This document shows positions 8,362-18,188 of a stretch of DNA of 64,000 bases, in pieces. Each line of letters begins with the position of its first letter. Within the stretch, counting starts at the first letter, position 1. The DNA comes from Thermoanaerobaculia bacterium (lineage in GTDB: Bacteria > Acidobacteriota > Thermoanaerobaculia > Multivoradales > UBA5704). The translations under genes were made by a program, and so were the position numbers. Where the stretch lies: assembly GCA_044226625.1 (NCBI GenBank), contig JBGAGQ010000005.1:123549-187548 (forward strand). The letters are read 5' to 3'. The notes beneath the pieces were generated by a model. It worked only from the letters and a program-made list of their open reading frames with translations. It did no database searches and had not been told where the DNA came from.

Positions 8362-10677
8362 CTACGCCGCCGGCTCGACCGCCTCGACGTAGCCGCACCC
8401 CTCGGTGTTGCAGACCAGTTGGGTGCCGTGGCGCTTGGTGGTCTTTTCCATCAGGAACTGCGCGCCGCACGAGGGGCAGGGCTTCGCGACCGGCTTGTTC
8501 CAGAGGGCGTTCTTGCAGTCGGGGTAGCGGCTGCACGAATAGAAGATCTTGCCCCGCCGGGAGCGCTTCTCGACCATCTCTCCCTTGCCGCATTCGGCGC
8601 AGGGAACGCCGGTCGGTTTCGGCGCAGCCGGGGCCGGGCCGGTTCGGCGGAGGTTCTTGCACTCGGGGTAGCCCGTGCAGCCGTAGAACGTTCCGAAGCG
8701 GCTGCGGCGGAGCGCCATTGGCTTGCCGCACTGCTCGCAGGGCGGAATCTCCTCGGCCTGCGCCTCGGAGGCTCCTTCCGCGGGAGCTTCCTCTTCCGTA
8801 CCGGTGTCCACGTTACGCGTGTACTTGCAGGTCGGATAGTTGGTGCACGCGATGAAGGCGCCGTAGCGGCCGAAGCGCATCACGAGCGGAGCGCCGTCCT
8901 CCGGGCAGAGCTCGCCGGTCGGCACGCCGTCCTTCTTGACGTTCGGCATCGTCTCGCCCGCGAGCGCCAGGTCGCGGGTGAATTTCTCGTCGAACTCGCC
9001 GATCGCCTGCTTCCAGTCCATCGACCCTTCTTCGATCTTGTCCAGCTCCTCTTCGAGCGAGGCCGTGTACCCCTCGTTGATCACGTCGTTGAAGCTCCCC
9101 TGGAGCATTTTGTTGACGATCTTGCCGAGGGGAGTCGGGCGGAATCGCGATTCGAGCTTTTCGACGTAGTTGCGATCGGTGATCGTCGAGAGGATCGCGG
9201 CGTAGGTCGACGGGCGGCCGATGCCGTTTTCTTCGAGCGCCTTGACCAACGTCGCCTCGCTGTATTGCGCGGGCGGTTGGGTGAACTTCTGCTCCGAGGC
9301 CAGGCGGACGAGCTTCAACGTCTGCCCCTCTTCGAGCGGCGGGAGCATCCCCTCCGCCGCCTCGGCCTCGTCGCCGTCTTTTCCCTTGCCCCCTTCCGCC
9401 TCTTCCGGGGTCTCGCGATAGACCGCGAGGAAGCCGGCGCGCTTCAAGACCTTTCCCTGCGCGCGGAGCGTGTACTGCCCCTGGTCGCCCGCTGCGATGT
9501 CGGCCTGGGTGACGTCGAACACCGCGGGGAGCATCTGGGAGGCGACGAAGCGATCCCAGATCAGCTTGTAGAGCTTGAGCTCGTCCGGCTTCAAGAAGTC
9601 CTTCACCGCGTCGGGCGAGAGGTCGAAGCTGGTCGGACGGATCGCCTCGTGGGCGTCCTGGGCGTCTTTCTTGCTCCGATAGCGGTTCGGTTTGTCGGGC
9701 AGCGCGCTCGCGCCGTAGGTCGCCTCGATCATCTCGCGGACGCCGACGAGCGCCTCTTCCGAGACGCGGGTCGAATCGGTTCGCATGTAGGTGATCAGAC
9801 CCACGGCGCCGCGGTCGCCGATCTCCCGGCCTTCATAGAGCCCCTGGGCGAGCGCCATCGTGCGCTTGACCGAGAAGCCGTGACGCCGCGCCGCCTCCTG
9901 CTGCAGGCGGCTGGTGATGAACGGCGGGCTCGGACGCTGGAGCGATTCCTTGCGCTCGATCGATCGGACGACGAACTTGCCCTTTTCGAGATCGCCGACG
10001 ATCCGCGCCGCGTCGTCGCCGTTGCCCACCTCGGCCTTCTCTTTGCCGATCCGGGAAAGCCGGGCATGGAACTGCGGCGCCTTGCCCGCGTCGAGGTCCG
10101 CGCCGAGCAACCAGTATTCGACCGCCTGGAACGCGTCGATCTCGTCTTGCCGCTCACAGACCATCTTGAGCGCGACCGACTGGACGCGGCCGGCCGAGAG
10201 CCCCTGCTTGACCTTCTCCCAGAGCAGCGGCGAGAGGCGGAATCCCATCATCCGGTCGAGCACGCGACGCGCCTGCTGGGCGTCGACCTTGGCGCCGTCG
10301 ATCTCGCGCGGCTCGGCGAGCGCCTTGAGCACGGCGTTCTTGGTGATCTCGTTGAAGGTCACCCTTTTCACCGCGGTGGGATCTTTGTCCAAGACCTCGG
10401 CGATATGCCAGGCGATCGCCTCTCCTTCGCGATCGGGGTCGGGCGCGAGATAGATCATGTCGGCCGTCTTCGCCGCGGCGCGCAGCTTCTTGACCACTTC
10501 CTTCTTGTCGGCGAGGACGGCGTACTTCGGCTCGTAGTTCGCGCCGAGGCCCATGTCCTTCTTCACCAGGTCGCGGATGTGGCCGAGCGACGCCTCGACG
10601 GTGTATTGCCGCCCCAGGAACTTCTTGAGCGTACGCGTCTTGGCGGGGCTTTCGACGATCACCAGATTCTTAGCCAT
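8362..10677 (-). CDS. topA: DNA topoisomerase I
   Basis: LVIVESPAK, GHIRDL, DPDREGE, SAGRVQ, ITYMRTDS, AQDAHEAIRPT; three C-terminal zinc ribbons. Confidence 0.98.
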   Translation of the reverse strand: MAKNLVIVESPAKTRTLKKFLGRQYTVEASLGHIRDLVKKDMGLGANYEPKYAVLADKKEVVKKLRAAAKTADMIYLAPDPDREGEAIAWHIAEVLDKDPTAVKRVTFNEITKNAVLKALAEPREIDGAKVDAQQARRVLDRMMGFRLSPLLWEKVKQGLSAGRVQSVALKMVCERQDEIDAFQAVEYWLLGADLDAGKAPQFHARLSRIGKEKAEVGNGDDAARIVGDLEKGKFVVRSIERKESLQRPSPPFITSRLQQEAARRHGFSVKRTMALAQGLYEGREIGDRGAVGLITYMRTDSTRVSEEALVGVREMIEATYGASALPDKPNRYRSKKDAQDAHEAIRPTSFDLSPDAVKDFLKPDELKLYKLIWDRFVASQMLPAVFDVTQADIAAGDQGQYTLRAQGKVLKRAGFLAVYRETPEEAEGGKGKDGDEAEAAEGMLPPLEEGQTLKLVRLASEQKFTQPPAQYSEATLVKALEENGIGRPSTYAAILSTITDRNYVEKLESRFRPTPLGKIVNKMLQGSFNDVINEGYTASLEEELDKIEEGSMDWKQAIGEFDEKFTRDLALAGETMPNVKKDGVPTGELCPEDGAPLVMRFGRYGAFIACTNYPTCKYTRNVDTGTEEEAPAEGASEAQAEEIPPCEQCGKPMALRRSRFGTFYGCTGYPECKNLRRTGPAPAAPKPTGVPCAECGKGEMVEKRSRRGKIFYSCSRYPDCKNALWNKPVAKPCPSCGAQFLMEKTTKRHGTQLVCNTEGCGYVEAVEPAA

Positions 10678-10870
10678 GGGCTTCCTCTAACGTCCCGGGC
10701 ATGTCCACCATTCCAAACCAAACCACATTCCCGACCCAGGAGACGAGCCGGGGAGGGTACCACCCGCTCCCCGGGGTCGCAACTCGGGTGTCCGGACTCC
10801 ATGGAAATGTCCCCATGGGGACTCGATAGAAATGTCCCCCTACCCTTTGTCGATGCAAGGGGGAGCCGGC

Positions 10871-12166
10871 ATGGGGGAACGGATCGGGATGAGCCGCAAA
10901 GAGCGGGATCGGCTGGTGGAGCTGGACGCGGTGCGGCGAGGGCAGAGGAGCCTGGCCGCCGCCGCTCGGCGTCTGGGATTGAGCTACCGGCAAGCCAAGC
11001 GAGTTTGGCGCCGGTTCCAAGAGCAGGAGGCCGCGGGGCTAGTCCATGGCCTGCGAGGACGAGCGTCGAATCGGCGGAAGGAGCCCGAGATCCGCCAGGC
11101 GTGTTTGGATTTCTACGTGGAGCGTTTGGAGGGCTTCGGACCGACGCTGGCGGCGGAAAAGCTGGGCGAACGAGGTCTAGACGTCGACCACGAGACGCTG
11201 CGCCGCTGGCTGGTCGCTTCCGGGCTCTGGTGCTCTCAGCCTCGTGTCCTTCGGCCGCGTCTGTGGCGACCTCGGCGCGAGAGATTCGGCGAGTTGGTTC
11301 AGCTCGACGGTTCGTTCCACGATTGGTTCGGTGCCGGAGAAGGACACCGCGATTGTCTGCTGGTCCTGATCGACGACGCGACGGGGCGGCGCCTGAGCCA
11401 GTTGGTGGCCGAAGAGACGACTTCCGACGCGATGAGCTTGCTGGCGCGCTGGATCGAGCGCTATGGAGTTCCTTGCAGCCTGTACGTCGATCGCAAGAGC
11501 GTCTACGTCACCGAGCGGGACGCCACGCTGGAGGAGGAGCTGGCGGGCGAACCGCCTCTGACGGTGTTTGGCAAAGCCTGCCGCAAGCTCGGCATCGAGA
11601 TCGTGGTGGCTCACTCGCCGCAGGCCAAGGGGCGGGTCGAGCGCAGCCACGCGGTGTACCAGGATCGGTTGGTCAAGGAGATTCGTCTGCGCGGCCTGAC
11701 GAGCCGCGAGCAGGTCAACGAGTTGCTGGTCTGCTTCGACGAAGACTTGAATCGGCGTTTCGCCATTTCTCCAGCCGATCCCGAAACGGCCCACCGTCCG
11801 ATGCCCGCCGACCTCGACCTGGCGACGGTATGGGTCTGGGAGGAGGTGCGGACCGTACGCAACGACTGGACGTTGAGCTACGAGAATCGTTGTTTGCAAT
11901 TGCTGGGATCGAGCTCCCACCTGCCGAAGGCGAAGAGTCGCGTGACGGTTCAGAAGCGCCAGGACGGATCGCTCCACGTGCTCTACCGCGGGAAATTTCT
12001 CCGTTTCGAAGAGATCCCCCATCGACCGCAGCGTCCGGCCCCAACGCCCTCGTTGGCTCAGGCCGCGCCTCGGCTTTCCCCTCGCCCCGCGGCCGATCAC
12101 CCTTGGCGCCAGCGGCTTTTGGCGCCGCGCCGCGGCGCCTGCCCCCCGCCCCCACCCACTGCCTAG
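10871..12166 (+). CDS. DDE transposase (HTH + rve-like core)
   Basis: AAARRLGLSYRQAKR HTH; GELVQLDGS, LYVDRK and PQAKGRVER catalytic segments. Confidence 0.95.
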   Translation: MGERIGMSRKERDRLVELDAVRRGQRSLAAAARRLGLSYRQAKRVWRRFQEQEAAGLVHGLRGRASNRRKEPEIRQACLDFYVERLEGFGPTLAAEKLGERGLDVDHETLRRWLVASGLWCSQPRVLRPRLWRPRRERFGELVQLDGSFHDWFGAGEGHRDCLLVLIDDATGRRLSQLVAEETTSDAMSLLARWIERYGVPCSLYVDRKSVYVTERDATLEEELAGEPPLTVFGKACRKLGIEIVVAHSPQAKGRVERSHAVYQDRLVKEIRLRGLTSREQVNELLVCFDEDLNRRFAISPADPETAHRPMPADLDLATVWVWEEVRTVRNDWTLSYENRCLQLLGSSSHLPKAKSRVTVQKRQDGSLHVLYRGKFLRFEEIPHRPQRPAPTPSLAQAAPRLSPRPAADHPWRQRLLAPRRGACPPPPPTA

Positions 12167-12177
12167 AGCTTCGGGGA

Positions 12178-12313
12178 CCTATGGAAGCTGCCGCCCTATG
12201 GACGGCTCGAGCAAAAAACGCTCGACCCGCCCACAGGGCTTGGACCGCACGGCCCGATCCGCCGCCCTTCGGGCCGCGGATCCAACGGGCCGGCGGCCCA
12301 CAGCTCCCACAGG
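12178..12313 (-). other. Multi-stem structured element within the IS, between the transposase stop and the right IR
   Basis: Stems 12178-90/12301-13, 12193-201/12231-39, 12207-12/12220-25, 12240-57/12269-85 and 12287-99. The mismatches in the first two stems are G-U pairs only on the minus strand. Confidence 0.6.
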
Positions 12314-12417
12314 CCCGGCGGCGGGAGATAGGGGGACACTTCTATCGAGTTCCCCATAGGGACATTTCTGTCGAGTCTTGACACTCGGGAGACCGCCGTG
12401 CGCTCGCCGTCTCCCGT

Positions 12418-13590
12418 TCAGGCGCGACGATAGAGGCCGCCCGGCAACCGGCTCGCCCGGCCGAGCAGCTCCAGCTCGAGCAGGGTCGCGAGCACGCGGT
12501 CGATCGGCGCGCCGGTCGCCGTGGCCAGATCTTCGGGAGCGCGATCGAAGCCGCGCACCATGGCCTCGAGGAGCGCGCCGGCGAGGCCCGGGAGGGGCGG
12601 CTCGGTGAATTGAGGCTCGGGTTCGCCGGGAGGGGGCGAGGAGGGTCCGCGCGGCCCGACCAGGTCGAGGAGATCGTTCGGATGCTGGGCGAGGAACGCT
12701 CCGTCGCGCAGCAGTGCGTGCGGCCCCAGGGATCGCTCCGAAAAGATAGGGCCCGGCACGGCGAACAGATCGCGCCCGAGCTCGAGCGCCCAACGCGCGG
12801 TGGACAGAGAACCGGAGCGCGCCGCCGCCTGGACCACGAGGACCGCCTGGCTGAGCGCGGCGATCGATCGGTTCCGGACCGGGAAGTTCCAGGTGCGCGG
12901 CTCGTAGCCGAAAGGAAATTCGGTGACCAGGGCACCCCGCGCGGCGATCGCGCGGCCGAGCTGGCCGTGGCCGGTGGGATAGTCGACCCCCAAGCCGCAC
13001 CCCAAGACCGCGATCGTCCGGCCGGCCGGCGGCACCAGGGCGCCGCGGTGCGCCGCGGCGTCGATGCCCCGCGCGAAGCCCGAGACCACGGCGACCTCGC
13101 GCTCGGCGAGCGCGGAGGCGAACAGCTGGGCGACCTCCAGTCCATAGGAATCGGCACGCCGCGATCCGACGATCGCGACCGCGGGTCCCGCGGTCAGCTC
13201 TCCGGCGACGGTGAGGACGGGCGGGGCGAGCGGCAGCTGGCCGAGCACGGCCGGAAATTCCGGGTCGAGGCGGGTGACCAGCCGGCCGCCGAGCGTGGCC
13301 GCCTTCTCGCGCTCGGCCCTACCCGTCTCACGTGCCCGAGGTAATAGAGAGAGTGCGGTTTCGAGCTGGCGCCTGGGGATCCCGATCTCGCGCGCGATGA
13401 GCTCGGTCGTGAGCGCCGTCCCGGTCGCGCCGGTCCAAAACTCGAGGTCCTCCGCCAGGCGGGCGAACGCCGTGCGGGAGAGGCGGGTGTCCGCGTGTAG
13501 GCCGATCAGCAGGTCCGAGTCGGGGTGGAGAGCGGGGACCGGGGGGCTAGGTGGGGGCGGGGTCTCCCGCGCGTGTTTCGTCGCTTTCAT
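12418..13590 (-). CDS. dprA: DNA-protecting protein DprA
   Basis: AIVGSR, VVSGFARGIDAAAH, FPVRNR, SGSLST; C-terminal wHTH; dprA-topA synteny; GAGGAG before ATG 13590. Confidence 0.95.
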   Translation of the reverse strand: MKATKHARETPPPPSPPVPALHPDSDLLIGLHADTRLSRTAFARLAEDLEFWTGATGTALTTELIAREIGIPRRQLETALSLLPRARETGRAEREKAATLGGRLVTRLDPEFPAVLGQLPLAPPVLTVAGELTAGPAVAIVGSRRADSYGLEVAQLFASALAEREVAVVSGFARGIDAAAHRGALVPPAGRTIAVLGCGLGVDYPTGHGQLGRAIAARGALVTEFPFGYEPRTWNFPVRNRSIAALSQAVLVVQAAARSGSLSTARWALELGRDLFAVPGPIFSERSLGPHALLRDGAFLAQHPNDLLDLVGPRGPSSPPPGEPEPQFTEPPLPGLAGALLEAMVRGFDRAPEDLATATGAPIDRVLATLLELELLGRASRLPGGLYRRA

Positions 13591-13816
13591 GGCGCATGGC
13601 CTCCTCGCCAGAGAACAGACGTAAACGAGGGGGGCGAGTCTCGATGATTCGGGGACGAACGCCGTCCGGAAGGGTGAAGGCGTTCGTATATACTCCCGGA
13701 GCCGTCGCGGACGGCCATCGTCCGAGCGCATCGGAAACGTGAAGGGAAACGTGAAGACGAAACGCGCGAACCCCAAGACGTACCGCTCGAAATCCCCGGT
13801 AACGGAGAACCCGCCG

Positions 13817-14305
13817 ATGTCTCGCGCCCCCCTCCGGATTTTCCTCTCCCTGATCGCCCTCCTGATCGTTTCAGTACCGGCTTCCGCGCGCGAAGCGGCG
13901 GGCGAGGCGCAGCTCAATTTCGGTGTCAAGATGGCCCAGCAAGGGCTATGGAACGAAGCGCTGTTCCGATTCCATCAGGCCGAGCTCGCGGATCCATCGA
14001 ACCCGCGGATCCGCAACAACCTCGCGGTGGCCTACGAGGCGACCGGCGATTTCGAGAAGGCGCTCTCCTATTACAAGCAGGCGCTCGAGGCCGCGCCCAA
14101 CGATCGCACCCTACGCGGCAACTACGCGCGCTTCGTCGAGTTCTACCAGGCCTTCAAAGGGGGCAAGGCCGCGAAGAGCAGCCCGAAACCGGACGCCGCA
14201 AAGGCTTTGAATCCGGCCGAGCCCCTGGTGCCGACCGGCGCGCCGGCCTCTTCGCCGGCTCCGCCGATCGAGCTGCCGGACAACGCTCCGCCCCCGCCTC
14301 GGTGA
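13817..14305 (+). CDS. Secreted TPR protein
   Basis: Signal peptide; TPR NNLAVAYEATGDFEKALSYYKQAL; Pro-rich tail. Confidence 0.85.
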   Translation: MSRAPLRIFLSLIALLIVSVPASAREAAGEAQLNFGVKMAQQGLWNEALFRFHQAELADPSNPRIRNNLAVAYEATGDFEKALSYYKQALEAAPNDRTLRGNYARFVEFYQAFKGGKAAKSSPKPDAAKALNPAEPLVPTGAPASSPAPPIELPDNAPPPPR

Positions 14306-14351
14306 GGGCCGCGTAGCCGGCCACCCGGGGAACTCCAAGGAGATTTTTCAG

Positions 14352-15056
14352 ATGCGCGGAAAGCACCTTGCGGTCGCAGCAACGGCCCTTCTCGTCGCGC
14401 TGGCGGCAGAGCGTCCGACCCGCGGCTCGACGATCGAAGTGCAGCTCAAGCTGCCGCAGAAGGCGCGGCTCGACCTCAAGGGTAAGAAGTCGATCGCGGT
14501 CGCGCCGTTTCAGGTCGAGACCAAAGAGGACACCCAGCGCTTCCAGGGTCGCGACATCGACGTGCAGAAGGAGTTCGCGCGCTATCTGGTGAAGGTGATC
14601 CGCCGCGAAACCGAGCTCAAGGTGACCGAGACCGGCGGGCTGGATCTGCCGACGACCGACTTCGACCAGCTCGCCAAGCAGACCGACTTCTGGCAGGCGC
14701 TCGGCGAGCGGACGGGTGCCGATCTGCTGCTCTCCGGCGGTCTCGATTTCGACGTGCAGGACAAGACCGGCTATCGCACCGAGGAATACGTCTCGCCGTT
14801 CAACGGACAGACCTACTACCGCCAGGTGCTGGTCGAGCAGACCGGGTTCGAGTACGACATCCTGATGCAGGTCTACGACGCGCGGAGCGGCGCCCTGGTC
14901 TACCAGGACAACTTCAAGGATTTCCAGAAATTCGAGGGGGAGTCCACCGATCCGCTGCGCGGGATGTTCGAGAACCTCCTGTCGTTGGAGGACAAGATCG
15001 TCGGCGTCTTCACCCAGAAAGAGGTGGAGACGACCCGTACTCTGTTCACCGACTGA
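14352..15056 (+). CDS. Secreted hypothetical protein (possibly TolB-N/CsgG-like alpha-beta fold)
   Basis: AAGGAG RBS; signal peptide; SIAVAPF and GADLLLSG segments; strong codon bias. Confidence 0.75.
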   Translation: MRGKHLAVAATALLVALAAERPTRGSTIEVQLKLPQKARLDLKGKKSIAVAPFQVETKEDTQRFQGRDIDVQKEFARYLVKVIRRETELKVTETGGLDLPTTDFDQLAKQTDFWQALGERTGADLLLSGGLDFDVQDKTGYRTEEYVSPFNGQTYYRQVLVEQTGFEYDILMQVYDARSGALVYQDNFKDFQKFEGESTDPLRGMFENLLSLEDKIVGVFTQKEVETTRTLFTD

Positions 15057-15174
15057 CCGCCGCCGCTCCTTCCGCGCGGCGGTCGGGTTTCGCTGTGATG
15101 ACGTCTGATCCGGTCGAGGGCAATGCGGTCGTTCCGTGGCTCGCGCACGAGCCGATTCGCGAGAGGAGGATTCG

Positions 15175-18102
15175 TTGAACCGTTCATTTCCACGTTTTCG
15201 GGGCTGGGGGCTCGTCGGCGCCTGGGCCGGGGTCTTCGCGATCTCCGCGCTCGCGTCGCTCGCCGGAGCGTCGAGCGCTTCGGCGCAGACGTCCGGATCG
15301 TTCGGCAAGAACAAGATCGCCTATCGTCGTTTCGATTGGCACATCTACCACTCGCCGCACTTCAACCTCTATTACTACACGGCCGAGGAGCCATTGCTCG
15401 AGAAGGTCGCCTCGCTCGCCGAGAGCGCCTACGACCGGCTGTCGCGTGACTTCAACTTCCAGATCAAAGAGCCGGTTCCGCTGATCTTCTACGCCACCCA
15501 TTCGGCGTTCGAACAGAACAACGTCATCCAGAACTTCATCCCCGAAGGCATCGGCGCGTTCGCTTCGCCGGCGCGTTTCCGCATGGTCCTGCCGGTCGAC
15601 CTGCCGGATTCCGAGCTGATGGAGCTGATCCTCCACGAGCTCACCCACATCTTCCAGTACAAGATCCTGTTCCAGGGTCGCCTCGCCGAAGCGGCCGCGA
15701 CGTCGCCGCCGACCTGGTTCATGGAAGGCATGGCGAGCTACATGGCGAAGGACGAGTCGTCGCGCGACAAGATGTTCCTGCGCGACGCCGTGGTCAACGA
15801 CCAGATCCCCTCGGTAGGCAACGACTTCGGCGGCTTCTTCGCCTATCGCTTCGGCCACGCGGTGTTCGATTTCATCGAGGATCGATGGGGCAAGGACGGC
15901 TTCCTGGATTTCGTCTACGAGGCGCGCAACGCTCTCGGTTCCCGGGTCGACCGGGCGGTCAAGCGCACGTTCAAGCTGGACGTCGAGGATTTCGACGCCG
16001 AGTTCCGCCGCTGGCTGCGGAAGAAGTACCTCGCCCAGCTGATCGTCACCGGCGAGCCGGGCGATTTCGGCCGCCTGTTCCGCGTCGAGAGCAACGGCCG
16101 CGTGACGTACGAGACCTCGCCGACGGCTTCGCCTTCGGGCGACCTCGTGGCGGCGTTCAGCTCCTATCGCGGCGACGTCGACGTCGTGCTGTTCGACGCG
16201 CGGAACCGCAAGCTGCTCCGGAACCTCACGAAGGGCTATTCGAGCCAGTATCAGTATCCCGTCGCCCAGGAGCTCGAGCTCGGCCGCAAAACCGGTCGCG
16301 ACCTCGCGTTTTCGCCGGACGGCAACACGATCGCCCTGTTCGTCAAGCGCGAGAGCGGGCGCAGCTTGGCCCTGCTCGACGTCTTGAAGGGTGGCATCCG
16401 CAAGATCGTCGACATGAAGGACATCGAGCAGCAGCTCGCGCCCGCATGGAGCCCGGACGGCAAGACGGTCGCGTTCTCCGGCTTCCAGAACGGCCAGTTC
16501 GACATCTTCACGATCGACCTCGACACGCTCGCGGTCACCAACCTGACCAACGATCCGGTGTTCGACGGCGCGCCCGCCTATTCGCCGGACGGCAAGACGA
16601 TCGTCTTCGTCTCCGACGTGGGCGACAAGCAGAAGCTGTTCCGCATCGACCTCGCGAATCCCAAAGAGCGCTTCCAGGTGACCACCGGCGAGTCGATCGA
16701 GAACGATCCGATCTTCTCGCCCGACGGCAAGCACCTCTATTTCACCTCCGACCGCGCCGGCGCGGAGAACATCTACAGCCTGGACCTCGCGAACGGCACG
16801 CTGCTCCAGCACACGAACGTCGTCACGGGAGCGTCGATGCCGACGATCCTGCGCGGCGAGGCGGGCAAGGAGAGCCTGGTCTACACCGGTTTCTGGAAGG
16901 GGACCTTCGACCTCTATCTCTCCGACCTCGAAGAGAAGGTCGGCGAGCCGGCGACCGAGGCGATCGCCACGAGCCCGACCGGGGCGCAGACGATTCCGCG
17001 CTTCGAGCCGGACATCCAGGTCGCGATCGACGACGCGAACAAGGAGAAGTACGGCGGCCGCAAGTTCTTTCTCGAAGGGGCGCAGACCTACGTCGGCGTC
17101 GACGACAACCAGACGGTCATCGGCCAGGTGCAGCTGAGCTTCTCGGATTACCTGGGCGACAAGCGCATCCAGGGGATCTTCTCGTCGATCGAAAGCCTGT
17201 CGAACTTCAACTTCATCTACGCCGACGTTTCGCGTCGCTGGCAGTGGCAGGTGAACCTGTTCGACACGCGCCTGTTCTTCGCGAGCAACGAGTTGGTCAA
17301 CGGCCAGTTCCGCCGCGGCGACTCGGCGCTCGAGCTGACCGGCCTCACCGGCGCGGTCGCCTACCCGTTCAGCTTCTATAGGCGGGCGGAGCTCGGGCTC
17401 GGCTACATCCGGCGGAAGATCAGCTTCGACTCCTTCATCGAAGATCCGCGGACCGGTCTACCGGTTCAGGTCATCGCCCGCGCGGACGACAACTACCCGA
17501 TCCTCCAAGCGGCCTGGGTCTCCGACACCGCGGCGTTCATCTCCTCCGGTCCGCATTCCGGCCACCGGATCCGGATCGACGGCAGCTACGCCCCGGATAC
17601 GGGCGGCAGCGGCACCCTTCTGTCCGAGGTTTCGCTCGACGCCCGGAAATACTTCGCCTTCACCCAGCGGAGCGGTCTGGCGCTGCGCGCCTACGCCGCG
17701 GCGGTCGACGGCAACAGCCCGACGCCGCTCCGGATCGGCGGCCTCGACACGGTGCGCGGCGTCGACTTCCTCTCGCTGCTCGGCGACCGGGCGTTCTTCA
17801 CCAACATCGAGCTGCGGTTCCCGTTGCTCGACGTGGTGGCGACGCCGTTCCTGGGTCTCCAGGGCGTGCGCGGCATCATCTTCTTCGACACGGGCGGCGC
17901 CTGGTTCAAGGACGTCCAGAACTTCCGCTTCTACGATCGTGACGCGGGGCGGTTCCAGGACGGCGTCGCCGCCTACGGCTGGGGCATCTCGGCCCGACTG
18001 TTCGGCGGGCTCGACTTCAACTGGGATTTCGCGAAGCCCTACAAGTCGTCTCTTCGGGACGAAGGCTTCCGGACCTCGTTCTGGATCGGCACGCGATTCT
18101 GA
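15175..18102 (+). CDS. Omp85/BamA-family outer membrane protein with N-terminal gluzincin-like peptidase and PD40 beta-propeller
   Basis: HELTH and WFMEGMA zinc motifs; repeated SPDGK; VRG loop, NIELRFP, IFFDTG and terminal F. Start probably TTG 15175 after GGAGGA. Confidence 0.88.
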   Translation: MNRSFPRFRGWGLVGAWAGVFAISALASLAGASSASAQTSGSFGKNKIAYRRFDWHIYHSPHFNLYYYTAEEPLLEKVASLAESAYDRLSRDFNFQIKEPVPLIFYATHSAFEQNNVIQNFIPEGIGAFASPARFRMVLPVDLPDSELMELILHELTHIFQYKILFQGRLAEAAATSPPTWFMEGMASYMAKDESSRDKMFLRDAVVNDQIPSVGNDFGGFFAYRFGHAVFDFIEDRWGKDGFLDFVYEARNALGSRVDRAVKRTFKLDVEDFDAEFRRWLRKKYLAQLIVTGEPGDFGRLFRVESNGRVTYETSPTASPSGDLVAAFSSYRGDVDVVLFDARNRKLLRNLTKGYSSQYQYPVAQELELGRKTGRDLAFSPDGNTIALFVKRESGRSLALLDVLKGGIRKIVDMKDIEQQLAPAWSPDGKTVAFSGFQNGQFDIFTIDLDTLAVTNLTNDPVFDGAPAYSPDGKTIVFVSDVGDKQKLFRIDLANPKERFQVTTGESIENDPIFSPDGKHLYFTSDRAGAENIYSLDLANGTLLQHTNVVTGASMPTILRGEAGKESLVYTGFWKGTFDLYLSDLEEKVGEPATEAIATSPTGAQTIPRFEPDIQVAIDDANKEKYGGRKFFLEGAQTYVGVDDNQTVIGQVQLSFSDYLGDKRIQGIFSSIESLSNFNFIYADVSRRWQWQVNLFDTRLFFASNELVNGQFRRGDSALELTGLTGAVAYPFSFYRRAELGLGYIRRKISFDSFIEDPRTGLPVQVIARADDNYPILQAAWVSDTAAFISSGPHSGHRIRIDGSYAPDTGGSGTLLSEVSLDARKYFAFTQRSGLALRAYAAAVDGNSPTPLRIGGLDTVRGVDFLSLLGDRAFFTNIELRFPLLDVVATPFLGLQGVRGIIFFDTGGAWFKDVQNFRFYDRDAGRFQDGVAAYGWGISARLFGGLDFNWDFAKPYKSSLRDEGFRTSFWIGTRF

Positions 18103-18130
18103 TCGCCTGACCGCGGCACGGAACGACCTC

Positions 18131-18164
18131 GGGAGGGGGAGAGATCTCCCTCCCTTCTCGTTTT
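18131..18164 (+). terminator. Probable intrinsic terminator
   Basis: GGGAGGG...CCCTCCC stem followed by a T-rich run, between convergent genes. Confidence 0.5.
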
Positions 18165-18188
18165 CCGGAGCCCTTCCGCCCGCGCCGC

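Larger units (their letters stand above)
10789..12383 (+). mobile_element. Complete insertion sequence, IS481/IS1202-like, 1595 bp
   Basis: Ends are TGT...ACA with about 51-bp imperfect terminal IRs, each holding two AT(A/G)GAAATGTCCC-like sub-repeats. CTCGGG direct repeat at 10783-10788 and 12384-12389. Confidence 0.92.

Noticed and set aside
6926-8731. 600-aa N-terminal extension of the 1465-aa Pnkp ORF (apparent giant fusion)
   Set aside because: It is an Arg/Pro-rich shadow frame over hen1 and topA. The real start is ATG 6925, coupled to the hen1 stop.
8419-12381. 1320-aa plus-strand ORF and similar long antisense ORFs (21760-24276, 34344-36728, 53415-55664, 58030-60105)
   Set aside because: These are antisense or off-frame shadows of well-supported genes, expected at high GC, with no recognisable motifs.
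10740-12420. dif/Xer site as the IS target, as described for some IS1202-family members
   Set aside because: No AT-rich XerC/XerD-like 28-mer is visible on either flank.
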